A stretch of 64,000 nt of DNA from Candidatus Nanoarchaeia archaeon (GTDB lineage Archaea > Nanobdellota > Nanobdellia > Pacearchaeales > GW2011-AR1), in NCBI GenBank assembly GCA_049288015.1, contig JBAQGX010000001.1, forward strand, positions 18,717-82,716, read 5' to 3'. How positions within the stretch are numbered: the stretch's first letter is position 1; the number at the start of each line of letters is the position of its first letter. The position numbers and the translations under genes were made by a program. Positions 52,681 to 62,316 of the stretch are shown here, one piece after another. The notes beneath the pieces were generated by a model. That model was not told the origin of the DNA. It searched no databases and saw only the letters and a list, made by a program, of their open reading frames with translations.

Positions 52681-53298
52681 GTGAGAAGATTTATGAGAAA
52701 AAGTACTTTACTTGCATTTATAATTGCGGTTAATAATATGTTAATGCCTTCTGTAGTAGAAGCTCCGGCTGTTCCTAATTATAGACTTTCACATTATGGT
52801 ACTAATTCAGGATCTGGAGGTTTTATTGATCATTTTGTATCTGAAAAGAAGGCTAGTGACTTACTGAACTATAAAACTTACAATTTCAATAACGACAATG
52901 ATGAAGTACTTTTAGCTAGGATGATATTTGGAGAAGGGGAAAGTTTGTCCAAGGCAGAAAAAATTGAGATTGCCTATACTGCTATTCATAGAGTAAAAGA
53001 AGGATATGGAAAAAGTTTGAAAGAAGTTCTATTGAACCCTTATCAATACTCTTGTTTTAATGAAGGCACGGATAGTTCTATTTTCTTGAAGGATCCATTG
53101 AATCATAATCCTAAAGAATTTTTTGCGTCTTTGGAAGTTTCTGAGGGGATTTTGAGTGGTAAAATTAAAGACACTGAAGACAGAGCAACTTTTTATTATG
53201 ATCCTATGGTAGTTAGCAAACCAAAATGGGCAAATGGTTTAGAAAAAATCTCAAGGCCTGGCTTTCATCACAGATTTTATAGGAAAATAAAACATTAA
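52681..53298 (+). CDS. Secreted SleB-like cell-wall hydrolase domain protein (Hydrolase_2 family)
   Basis: 205 aa; signal peptide; LLARMIFGEGES...EIAYTAIHRV...NPYQYSCFN matches the SleB/CwlJ catalytic-domain pattern. Confidence 0.55.
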   Translation: MRRFMRKSTLLAFIIAVNNMLMPSVVEAPAVPNYRLSHYGTNSGSGGFIDHFVSEKKASDLLNYKTYNFNNDNDEVLLARMIFGEGESLSKAEKIEIAYTAIHRVKEGYGKSLKEVLLNPYQYSCFNEGTDSSIFLKDPLNHNPKEFFASLEVSEGILSGKIKDTEDRATFYYDPMVVSKPKWANGLEKISRPGFHHRFYRKIKH

Positions 53299-54416
53299 TT
53301 ACTGTTTTTGATCAAAAATTTCTCTACATTCTTTTTGGCTTCTTTTTTCCTTTTTTGATGCTCTTCCAAAAATATATTTATTTTCCGAATGAGGATTTCT
53401 TTTAGTTCTGAAGTTAAAAGGATTCCAGATTTGTAATCATCATATATTTTTTGTAATTTTTTGTCATCAGGCTCAAAAAACATTTTTAAGTACTGAAACG
53501 AGATGTCAACATCAGGATTGCCACCTAATTTTCTATGTTCTTCTACGGATTTTTGACCCCCTGAAAATGCATATCTCTTAATTTTTTGTTCTACTGTTTT
53601 TTTATCATCATCTAAGAATACTACATTTAATCCGGAGGATGAAGATGACATTTTTGCATCCCCATAAAGCGAGGGCATGAACTTTGCATGAATTGCAGCT
53701 GGCTTTTCAAATCCAAAATCTTCAGCTATATCTCTTGTTAGTCTTATAAAAGGATCTTGATCTATTGCAATTGGAACTAAGGTCATTTGTTTTCTATCAT
53801 GGAACTGGGGGAACAAAATATGTGCAGCCTGCATTGCAGGGTAAAAACCCCACCCAATATTATTTTCTGGCTTTAATCCAAATGTTGCTTTTGCAGTTGA
53901 GTATGTTATCCTTTTAGAAGTTTGAGCAGCGTACTTGTAGATATCAGTATAGTCAAGGTCTTCAAAGATAAAAGTTTTTCCGGGCCTGAATCCTAGTGCG
54001 ATGAGATCGAGTATGTTGTCTTTTGCGTTTTCAAGACTTTTTTCGTAACTCAGATTTTCTTTTACAAAGAATTTTTCATCATCAGAAATGGGGATGTAAA
54101 CATCACAATTAAATTCTTCTTGAAGAGATTTTGCAACCATAAATGGGACTAGATGACCCAAATGCATTCTCTCACTTGGACCTCTTCCTGTAACTATTGA
54201 AACTTTCTTTCCCTTTTTTGCATCTGAAATCCATTTTTCAACATCACGATGGGCAAAATATATATCTCTTCTTAATAATGGATGAAGATGCTCAAGATGT
54301 TTTTTTATTTTATCATCAATCTTAGTCACTCCGAAGTCTTTTAACAGTTTGTCATAATTTATATCTCCAGAAACTTCCCAAGGAGTCAGGTTCAGAGTTT
54401 CTTCTCTCTTTTTCAT
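53295..54416 (-). CDS. trpS: Tryptophanyl-tRNA synthetase (archaeal/eukaryotic type)
   Basis: 373 aa; TGRGPSERMHLGHLVPFMVAKSLQEEFNCDVYIPISDDEKF closely parallels eukaryotic TrpRS; KMSSS motif. Confidence 0.85.
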   Translation of the reverse strand: MKKREETLNLTPWEVSGDINYDKLLKDFGVTKIDDKIKKHLEHLHPLLRRDIYFAHRDVEKWISDAKKGKKVSIVTGRGPSERMHLGHLVPFMVAKSLQEEFNCDVYIPISDDEKFFVKENLSYEKSLENAKDNILDLIALGFRPGKTFIFEDLDYTDIYKYAAQTSKRITYSTAKATFGLKPENNIGWGFYPAMQAAHILFPQFHDRKQMTLVPIAIDQDPFIRLTRDIAEDFGFEKPAAIHAKFMPSLYGDAKMSSSSSGLNVVFLDDDKKTVEQKIKRYAFSGGQKSVEEHRKLGGNPDVDISFQYLKMFFEPDDKKLQKIYDDYKSGILLTSELKEILIRKINIFLEEHQKRKKEAKKNVEKFLIKNSN

Positions 54417-54487
54417 TATAACTCAATATCAAAATTCTTTTTAAATATTTTCTACAAATATTTATAAATAATAATTGTATCATAAAA

Positions 54488-56527
54488 TTGGTAAAAATGA
54501 GGAAGATATTTTTTAGTTTGGCATTTGTGTTGTCGATGGTGTTTTTATCTTATTCTGCTTCCGCTCAAGTGGCTTTTAGCTCTCAACCAAATAGCATTTA
54601 CAACGTTGGAGATGTGATAAATGCTTCCAATATTACAATTTCGCCAGATTTGATTGGAGGGATTTCAGTTTATCTTGTATGTAACACCACCTCTCATTTG
54701 ATTGGACCAACTTATCCCAGTGGTATTCCTTATATTCCTTCATTTGTTTTGACTGAGAGTAATATTGGGGGTTCGTCTGCTGTATGTTCCATTCAAGCTT
54801 ATTTGAATAATACTTGGGAAGGGGGTACAAATCCATTCCAAGTTTCAAATTCGGTTAATGTCGTCGTTTCTTCTGGCAGTCGAGAGTTTAAACCTGGAGA
54901 TCAGATTTCTTTTCAAGGTAATGCTATAAAACAAGATGGTCAGAATCTTGATGGAATTGTTGGTTTAAGTGTGATAAATGAAGAAGGTGTTTCTATCTAT
55001 CAAGTTTCGAGTGTTTTAACGAACGGATCTTTTTTGTTTAATTTTTCATTGCCTTCTGGTACTGCGGCAGGGCAATATCTTGTTTCTCTTAATGCTTATG
55101 AAATGGATTCTTCTGGAGTGGAGATTAATACAGGTTCTACTGGTTTTAATATGTTGATAGATCAGGTGCCAACAAGTTTGAATTTGGTACCTCAGAATAG
55201 TGCTCAGAGTATTGCACCAGGCCAGGGTTATAGTCTTGAGGCTATTCTCTATGATCAAACGGGTCAAGAAATCAATTCGCTTGTTAATTTTACAATAAAT
55301 AAGAGTGACGGGATTATGAGCCAACAGGCAAATACAGACCAGTTTATTAATATCCCTGTAAGTTATGATGATCCTCCTAATACTTGGGCAGTTATTGCAA
55401 ATTCTGAAGGTCTTAGTGCTCAGTTAAGTTTTCAAGTACTTGAGAATAAAAATGTTACAATAGATTTATTGGGTAGAACTGTTTTAGTTACAAATGTAGG
55501 TAATGTTCCTTACAATGATCCAATTAGTGTTAATCTTGGGAATCAATCTCTTGTTTTTAATGTTTCCTTAGGTGTTGGGCAGAGTCATAAGTATGTTTTA
55601 AGTGCTCCAGATGGGAATTATTCTATTGAAATTTCGAGCCTTGGAAGTGATTTATATAATGGGAATTTGTTGCTTACAGGAAATGCTATAGGTGTTCAGC
55701 AGGCCCCAATGGGAGCAAGTTTTATTCAATATCCTCTTGTCTGGATAGTTCTTTTAATTATCTTAGCAGTACTCGTTTTCTTTTTGATTAAGAGATTATC
55801 TAAGAAGAAATTTATGAAAAAAGTTGATTTGAATAAAAGTTTTAGGTTGAGAGACGGGATAGTGATAAGTAATGGAAAGGATGAGATTTCAAGTAGGGGT
55901 AGGTTTGTGAATAGTAGAAATGTTGCCGAGCTGTCATTGTCTTTGCAAGGTACCAAACATGGCTCTACAATTGTTTGTTTGGGAATAAGAAACTTCTCTG
56001 AAATTAGATCCGGAAAAGGAGGAATAAGTGAGACTATGAATAGGATTAAATCTATCGCAGATGAATTTAACGCTGCAGTTTATGAAAATGGATCTAATAT
56101 ATTCCTTATCTTTTCTCCATTAAGAACCAAATCTCAGAATAATGATCTTGCTGCGATACAATCTGCAGAGCAGGTGCAGAAAGTTTTGCAAGACCATAAT
56201 AGGTTGTTGAAGCAGAAAATAGACTTTGGAATATCTGTGCATTATGGAATGATTGTTGCTAAACTGGGGGTAAGTGGTATGAAGTTTATGACGTTGGGCA
56301 ATGTGATTTCAACTGCTAAAAAACTTGCGGCTGTTTCTAATGGGGAAGTTTTCCTTAGTAAAGAAGTTAGAGATAGAATTGCAACTGATGTAAAGACGGA
56401 AATGCATTCTAGTGGGGACTTAAGTTACTATACTCTTCTTGAAATAAGAAATAGAGAAAAGAACCAGAAATTTATTAAAGATTTTATGAATAAGATGGAA
56501 AGAGAAGAAAAGGAAAAAAGATCTTAA
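54488..56527 (+). CDS. Receptor-like surface glycoprotein: signal peptide, Ig/CARDB-like ectodomain, single TM, cytoplasmic degenerate class III nucleotidyl-cyclase-homology domain
   Basis: 679 aa; signal peptide; many N-x-S/T sequons; TM at about residues 417-436; C-terminal STIVCLGIRNFSEI...GSNIFLIFS...FGISVHYGMIVAKLGVSGMKFMTLGNVISTAKKL...GEVFLS aligns to the CHD fold but both metal-binding Asp are replaced. Confidence 0.55.
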   Translation: MVKMRKIFFSLAFVLSMVFLSYSASAQVAFSSQPNSIYNVGDVINASNITISPDLIGGISVYLVCNTTSHLIGPTYPSGIPYIPSFVLTESNIGGSSAVCSIQAYLNNTWEGGTNPFQVSNSVNVVVSSGSREFKPGDQISFQGNAIKQDGQNLDGIVGLSVINEEGVSIYQVSSVLTNGSFLFNFSLPSGTAAGQYLVSLNAYEMDSSGVEINTGSTGFNMLIDQVPTSLNLVPQNSAQSIAPGQGYSLEAILYDQTGQEINSLVNFTINKSDGIMSQQANTDQFINIPVSYDDPPNTWAVIANSEGLSAQLSFQVLENKNVTIDLLGRTVLVTNVGNVPYNDPISVNLGNQSLVFNVSLGVGQSHKYVLSAPDGNYSIEISSLGSDLYNGNLLLTGNAIGVQQAPMGASFIQYPLVWIVLLIILAVLVFFLIKRLSKKKFMKKVDLNKSFRLRDGIVISNGKDEISSRGRFVNSRNVAELSLSLQGTKHGSTIVCLGIRNFSEIRSGKGGISETMNRIKSIADEFNAAVYENGSNIFLIFSPLRTKSQNNDLAAIQSAEQVQKVLQDHNRLLKQKIDFGISVHYGMIVAKLGVSGMKFMTLGNVISTAKKLAAVSNGEVFLSKEVRDRIATDVKTEMHSSGDLSYYTLLEIRNREKNQKFIKDFMNKMEREEKEKRS

Positions 56528-58161
56528 TTATTTAGTTTTTTTATTATTTTATCAAGGTTTATCTCAGACAATGCGACAGGCATTCTTATTTTCCAATTTT
56601 TCAATATTTTCGGATGTATTTCACCTGCAAATCCAATTTTTTCATCTTCAAGTATTATTTCAGCTACTCTCCCCTCAATGAAATAATTAGGAAATTCTTT
56701 TGGTTCTCTGAAGCTAATTTTTAAATCAAGCATTTTAGATAGATAGTTTAAAATCTGTTTTATTTCCGTAAAATTGTTTGGAGAAGTTGCAATAGACAAA
56801 CTGTTTTCTTCTTTTATATTTTCTCCATACTTGAAAATTTTTCCCACTTCAAATATTCTTTGTGGAAAATCATTTTTGATATTTTCAGAAAATGTTTTTA
56901 GTGAATAGTGAGTTAAATTCTCTCTTAGTATATTATAATCTGTTTTGGAGTTTTCAACTGGTATATACTTGGACTTCTCATTGATTCCCATTTTTTCAAA
57001 TTGGTCTTTTAGGGTTGTTAAGTGATAATTTGAAATTTCTTGCATATCTAGTCCTGTGAGTATTTCTGAGATTTTTCTTTTTATTACTTCTTTTGGATCT
57101 TCTTGACCGATTGTTGATATTTCTGGAATTTCTGGAATCAACTTTTCATATCCATAAGCTATGGCAACATCTTCTATTAAATCAACTTCATGGAGGATAT
57201 CTATTCTCCAAGGGGGTATTTCAACAATGTTTTTGTTGGAATTATATCCCATTTTTTCAAGCAATTTTTTAACATCATTTTCTTTTAAATCAAGGCCCAA
57301 TAATTTATTCACATTTTCTATACTTATTGGTCTTTTTTCAGTTTCAAAATTTGGAAATATTTTTTTATCTTTTCCATAACTTACCTCGACTTCGTATATC
57401 TCTCCCCCCATATCTGCAAGGGCGGCTACCAAAATATTTAGGCATTTTTCTAAAATATTTGGATCAAATCCAGAACATTCAACGAATATATCTTTTGTTT
57501 TTTCTGTCACTCTTCCAGTAGTTTTTGAATTTATTATTGGGGGCATGCTTAATATTTTATCTTCAGAGTCTATGAATATCGGAAATTTTGCTTTTCCGGA
57601 GAGTAATGAAGCATACTCTTTTCCAGTGGGGTGTTTTTGCAAGATTTCTAACCCTGACATTTCTTTATCAGATTCTAAAGGAATAAACTTTATCTTATCT
57701 GGTTCAAGAGCCTTGAATGTAATAGGAAATTTTATTTTTTCCAATGGATAAATTCCCATTGCTAATTTTCTTCTTTTTCTTCCAAGAGTTAGATGTAGCT
57801 TTTCTTGGATTTCTATTAGCTCTTTTATCTTTTCAGAATCTAATTTGATATCTTTTATAACTACACAAGTTGTGTATGGTCTTATATCTTTTAACGAAGG
57901 ATCTACAATTACTTTGTAATTAGATTTGTTTATTTTATATTGGACTAGTCCTGTCTTTTTCTCTAGAAATGCTAAAAATGCTCTTTTGAATCCATGGTAT
58001 GATAGTAGATCAGGTCTGTTTGGGAATATTTCTATCTGTAATTCTTCATTTGTAACTTTGTCAATAGGGGTTCCAAACAATGCAATTTTTTCCTCCATTT
58101 TATCATCAAATTTTCCAATTTCTTTTTCAAATTGTTTTTTGTTTAGTGTCACAATTGCCAT
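56524..58161 (-). CDS. pheT: Phenylalanyl-tRNA synthetase beta subunit (archaeal type)
   Basis: 545 aa; archaeal PheT N-terminus (LQIEIFPNRPDLLSYHGFKRAF), B3/B4 and class II-like C-terminal domain. Confidence 0.85.
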   Translation of the reverse strand: MAIVTLNKKQFEKEIGKFDDKMEEKIALFGTPIDKVTNEELQIEIFPNRPDLLSYHGFKRAFLAFLEKKTGLVQYKINKSNYKVIVDPSLKDIRPYTTCVVIKDIKLDSEKIKELIEIQEKLHLTLGRKRRKLAMGIYPLEKIKFPITFKALEPDKIKFIPLESDKEMSGLEILQKHPTGKEYASLLSGKAKFPIFIDSEDKILSMPPIINSKTTGRVTEKTKDIFVECSGFDPNILEKCLNILVAALADMGGEIYEVEVSYGKDKKIFPNFETEKRPISIENVNKLLGLDLKENDVKKLLEKMGYNSNKNIVEIPPWRIDILHEVDLIEDVAIAYGYEKLIPEIPEISTIGQEDPKEVIKRKISEILTGLDMQEISNYHLTTLKDQFEKMGINEKSKYIPVENSKTDYNILRENLTHYSLKTFSENIKNDFPQRIFEVGKIFKYGENIKEENSLSIATSPNNFTEIKQILNYLSKMLDLKISFREPKEFPNYFIEGRVAEIILEDEKIGFAGEIHPKILKNWKIRMPVALSEINLDKIIKKLNN

Positions 58162-58164
58162 TTA

Positions 58165-58548
58165 TTATTTTAGTTTATCTGCCATTTTATTTAGCTCTTC
58201 AGCGCTTAGAGGTCTCATTCTCTTTGAGTTTAAATCATTCTCTTTATCTATGGGGATAAGGTGGACGTGAATATGGGGAACTCCAAAACCCTCTATAGCC
58301 AGACCTATTCTTTTTGAATTTAATTTTAGTTTTAATTTTTTGGCAATTTCTTTTGCCTTTACCATCAGCAAATTGTACTCCTTATCATCTAAGTCAAATA
58401 TATATTCAGAATGTTTTTTTGGGATTAAGAGAACATGACCTGGTTTTATGGGATTTATATCTAGCATAGCAATGTGTTTTTCATCTTCCCAAATTTTTAC
58501 GGCAGGTATTTCTCCTTTTATTATTTTGCAAAATACGCAGTTTTCCAT
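58165..58548 (-). CDS. HIT-family (histidine triad) nucleotide hydrolase
   Basis: 127 aa; HVHLIP (HxHxHxx) motif. Confidence 0.8.
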   Translation of the reverse strand: MENCVFCKIIKGEIPAVKIWEDEKHIAMLDINPIKPGHVLLIPKKHSEYIFDLDDKEYNLLMVKAKEIAKKLKLKLNSKRIGLAIEGFGVPHIHVHLIPIDKENDLNSKRMRPLSAEELNKMADKLK

Positions 58549-60065
58549 TAGGTTTTCATCCAGAATTTCATTTCTCTTAGTTGTTTTAAATCGTTTTTAT
58601 ATAATTCTCTGAGATCCTTTATTTTGTAATAATCAATTAAGATTCTATCGAATCCAGGTCCCCATGCAAGCACAGGTATGCTTTCTCCCAAAAGAGGGAT
58701 TGTGACCTCTGGTCTTATTATTCCAGCCCCTCCTACTTCTAGCCAAACTTTCCTATCTTGATTCCAAACATCTATTTCTACACTTGGTTCTGTGTAAGGA
58801 AAATAGCTAGGGCGGAGTCTGATTTTTTCAAAACCCATTTTTCCGAAGAATTGCTTCAAATAGCCGAAAAGATGTCTGAAATTTGCGTTTCTATCAATCA
58901 CTATCCCTTCTGTTTGGTTAAATTCAAATCCGTGACTCCAGTCTACTGTTTCATTTCTAAAACATTTTCCAAGGGCGAAGAATTTTTGGGGTAATTCAGA
59001 AGTTTTTACTTTGGCCAATGTTTGTGCCGATATACAGGTCGTATGAGTTCTTAAGACCACTTTTTTTGCTTCTTCCTCATTCCAAAGATATTGCCATCCT
59101 TTACTTCCCCCAACTCCTTTTTCGTGACTTTCCTTTATCTTTTTTACTATCTCTTTTTCGGGAAGATTCATCTTTTTATTAATGAAGAAAGTGTCTTGCA
59201 TTTCTCTTACGGGATGATCTTGTGCGGTGAATAATGCATCAAAGTTCCAGAAAGAACTTACAACTATTTCCCCATTCATTTCTTTAAATCCCATTTCAGT
59301 CCATACTTTTCGTGCATAATCCGAAGCCTGATTTACGAAGTGTCTCTTTCCTCCATTTATTTCTGGAACGGGGGATAAAACATCATAAGTTCTAAATTTC
59401 TTTCCTCTCCATAATTTATCAGATTTTATAATTTGAGGGGTCAATTGTTCTATTAAATTCTCGGATTTTATCCTTGAATTTATCAATTGTTTACCTTTGT
59501 CTGTAACTTTTATTTTTATGTTCTTTTCTTCTCTTAATTCAATAATGTTTCTTCTTTTTTGCAATTCTTTGAATATAGAATTCTGATCTTGGGAGAGAGA
59601 ATTTTGATTTAAAGGTAAACTTTCAATAAATACCTCTTCAGGCATTTTTTTTGAAGATTCATCGCTACCTGAATTTAGAATTATCCTTTTATTTACAATA
59701 TCTATCAAAGATTTTCTTTTTAGAGTTCCTAGAGATGCTCTAAATTCATCATCAGATAGATTACTTTGTTTTTGTGCGTCTTCAAAAGGCAGTATTCTCT
59801 TTTCTTTCAATAAACTTAGTAATCTTCTCTCTGGTAGACCTTTTTTTTTGTATAATATTCCATTAACCCCTAAATCGACAATTTTTTCTTTATCAAATTC
59901 TAAGATTATAACATCTTTATTCTTTAGATATTCTAACGCTCTTGTAACTGAGGTTTTGTCAAGATTTGACTTTTTGCATATAGAGATTATATCCTTATCT
60001 TCCAAATAAGGCAAAATTTTGGCTTCATTTGGACTCAAAGATTCTAAAACTTTTTTAACATCCAT
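58548..60065 (-). CDS. pheS: Phenylalanyl-tRNA synthetase alpha subunit (archaeal type)
   Basis: 505 aa; N-terminal wH repeats, class II motif 2 (KCFRNE), motif 3 (GPGFDRIL). Confidence 0.9.
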   Translation of the reverse strand: MDVKKVLESLSPNEAKILPYLEDKDIISICKKSNLDKTSVTRALEYLKNKDVIILEFDKEKIVDLGVNGILYKKKGLPERRLLSLLKEKRILPFEDAQKQSNLSDDEFRASLGTLKRKSLIDIVNKRIILNSGSDESSKKMPEEVFIESLPLNQNSLSQDQNSIFKELQKRRNIIELREEKNIKIKVTDKGKQLINSRIKSENLIEQLTPQIIKSDKLWRGKKFRTYDVLSPVPEINGGKRHFVNQASDYARKVWTEMGFKEMNGEIVVSSFWNFDALFTAQDHPVREMQDTFFINKKMNLPEKEIVKKIKESHEKGVGGSKGWQYLWNEEEAKKVVLRTHTTCISAQTLAKVKTSELPQKFFALGKCFRNETVDWSHGFEFNQTEGIVIDRNANFRHLFGYLKQFFGKMGFEKIRLRPSYFPYTEPSVEIDVWNQDRKVWLEVGGAGIIRPEVTIPLLGESIPVLAWGPGFDRILIDYYKIKDLRELYKNDLKQLREMKFWMKT

Positions 60066-60087
60066 TAAAAACCAATGAGTTATTATT

Positions 60088-60540
60088 TTATAAATCTTTT
60101 ATCATCCAAGTGGGCATTCCAAGTGAAAGCCCGAGAGCTTTTGAGTCATATTCGTTCCTTGTGTTATTATTATTTATAGATATAAATTTCATCTTTAACT
60201 TATCCTTACTGCAGATTTTTATGTTCTGTTTTATTCTTGAGATTATATCTGCTTTTTCTTTTTCATTTGAATTAATCACTTCATCAAGGAAAATTCCTAT
60301 TTGAGATTTACTTTTTTTTGCAATTTTTGACATGACTGAATTTAGTCCAGAGTTTCTTTGTTTTTGTCTATCTTTTCTTCCCTTTTGTTTTATTAACAAG
60401 ATGGAGACTTTTTCTTTTTCTAATATTTTTCTATTCAATTCGTCATCCATGCTAGTGAAAACTATAGTTTTTTTGCTATTTTCACGTATTATTTTCCTTG
60501 CTTTATCGAAATTATTCTCTTCTACAATTATGTAACTCAT
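60088..60540 (-). CDS. Hypothetical protein (weak resemblance to RNase P Rpp30-like C-terminal region; unassigned)
   Basis: 150 aa, K/N-rich; no confident motif. Confidence 0.35.
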   Translation of the reverse strand: MSYIIVEENNFDKARKIIRENSKKTIVFTSMDDELNRKILEKEKVSILLIKQKGRKDRQKQRNSGLNSVMSKIAKKSKSQIGIFLDEVINSNEKEKADIISRIKQNIKICSKDKLKMKFISINNNNTRNEYDSKALGLSLGMPTWMIKDL

Positions 60541-61325
60541 TTTTTCTTACTTTTTACATTTGAATCTTTACTTAAACTTTTGGGAACTTCATGTTTTGAA
60601 AACATGTCATAAATCTTGAATCCTGCTCTGAATAATTCTATAATTATTCCAATAAGCAGTATACCAACCCCTATTATAATCATTCTGATAAAAATATAAT
60701 TTGATTGAGAGAATAGTAATGAAGCTGCAGACGACAAGGTTACGTTTTGCAGGTGAGATAATATCTGGCTAATTCCTAGTAAAGGTAAAGATGCAATTAC
60801 CATAAAACCTCCTACTATAAACGGCAAGTTTTGCTTTTTTTTGAATAAGATGAATAAGATAGCAGTAGTTATTATGAAAACTGCTAGTGAGATATAAAAT
60901 ATCTTTTGCCAGTAATTATCAGACTTTTCTGATATTAAGAATAGTGGAGAATACTGGTTGAAACAATTCCAGTAAGAGCAGTTATATGTTTTGTAATATG
61001 AATCAGAGATAAAATTTTCTATAGTATCTGTTATTATTGTAATTTCGTCCTTGTTTACATCTTGACATGGAAAATGAAGTACATAACCCTCATAACTAAA
61101 AACATAATCAGGATTATTATTGCAATAATTTTTTATTAATGGAAGATTTTCGTCAACTTGTTGAATTATATTAAACTGTTGATTTATTATTGGTGAAAGA
61201 TTTGCTGCTTGATTTTGAATATTTTCATATTTTAAAGAAGATGATAGATCTAATGATATTGCTGCCGTTAATAGAGATAGAAACAATAATATGCAAGATA
61301 AAGCTATAAAAAAGCTTTTTATCAT
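60537..61325 (-). CDS. Hypothetical membrane protein with Cys-containing extracytoplasmic domain
   Basis: 262 aa; N-terminal TM/signal, central soluble domain with 6 Cys (CNNNPDY...CQDV...CSYWNC), three C-terminal TM helices. Confidence 0.45.
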   Translation of the reverse strand: MIKSFFIALSCILLFLSLLTAAISLDLSSSLKYENIQNQAANLSPIINQQFNIIQQVDENLPLIKNYCNNNPDYVFSYEGYVLHFPCQDVNKDEITIITDTIENFISDSYYKTYNCSYWNCFNQYSPLFLISEKSDNYWQKIFYISLAVFIITTAILFILFKKKQNLPFIVGGFMVIASLPLLGISQILSHLQNVTLSSAASLLFSQSNYIFIRMIIIGVGILLIGIIIELFRAGFKIYDMFSKHEVPKSLSKDSNVKSKKK

Positions 61326-61357
61326 TATTGGTTAGAGCGGATGTAATTTATAAATCA

Positions 61358-62233
61358 TTACATCTTTTCGAGAACCTCAATCCTCTTTTCTATTGGAGGA
61401 TGTGTTGATGATAAATTTTTTAAAGGATTTGAGAAGAAAAGAGGGGCTATAGCTTTTGCAACTTTCTTCTCAGGTTGATTTTCTGTTTGGATCTTTTTTA
61501 GTGCATCAATAAGACCTCTTGGATATCTTGTGAACTTGACTGCGGACGCATCTGCACTATATTCTCTTTTTCTTGAAATTGCTAATTGAACAAGATAGAC
61601 TACTATAGGAGCAATTATTGCAAGAATTATTCCGATAAGTATGAATATGCCTCCATTTTTTTTATCATTTCCATTTTGGAACCACAAACTTCTAAGAAAT
61701 ATCTCTGATACAATAGAGATAATTCCAACCATAACCGTTGCAAGAGTCATATATCTTATATCGTAATTTGCTATATGTGACATTTCATGAGCTAGAACTC
61801 CTTCAAGTTCTTTTTTTTCTAGCTTATCTAATGAACCACGAGTTACACATACAATTGCATGCTTTGGATCTCTACCAGAAGCAAATGCATTTATTTGGGG
61901 GGAGTTCATGACATACAATTTAGGCATTGGTAGCCCACTTGCAATTGTTAAAGATTCAACGACATCATAAAATTGTTTATCTTTTGTTTTGTCTGCTTCC
62001 TTTGCACCAACACTTGAGATGGCAATTTTGTCAGATTTATAATAATTTATGCTTATATAAAAGAGAGAGAATATTATTGCAGCAATCATTATAATGAAAA
62101 AATAGCCCGGGCTGAATGCTAAAGAGATAACATACCCTAATAAAACCAAGACTAAGAAAACGCTGACTATTAAAAAAAAGGATTTTACCTTATTTTTTGA
62201 TATTTGATCTCTAAAATCAATATGCTCTGGCAT
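61358..62233 (-). CDS. htpX: M48-family zinc metalloprotease HtpX
   Basis: 291 aa; two N-terminal TM helices, HEMSHIANYD (HExxH), downstream Glu ligand, two further TM helices. Confidence 0.85.
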   Translation of the reverse strand: MPEHIDFRDQISKNKVKSFFLIVSVFLVLVLLGYVISLAFSPGYFFIIMIAAIIFSLFYISINYYKSDKIAISSVGAKEADKTKDKQFYDVVESLTIASGLPMPKLYVMNSPQINAFASGRDPKHAIVCVTRGSLDKLEKKELEGVLAHEMSHIANYDIRYMTLATVMVGIISIVSEIFLRSLWFQNGNDKKNGGIFILIGIILAIIAPIVVYLVQLAISRKREYSADASAVKFTRYPRGLIDALKKIQTENQPEKKVAKAIAPLFFSNPLKNLSSTHPPIEKRIEVLEKM

Positions 62234-62316
62234 TTAATAAAAACTGAGATTTGATTTATTAAGTTATTGGAGACAAATAAATTTAATAAGTTCTTAATCT
62301 TAAAAGTATAAGACTT

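Noticed and set aside
60088-60540. Assignment of the 150-aa protein as RNase P subunit Rpp30
   Set aside because: Only a vague C-terminal resemblance; the protein is about 60 aa shorter than Rpp30 and lacks recognisable TIM-barrel motifs.
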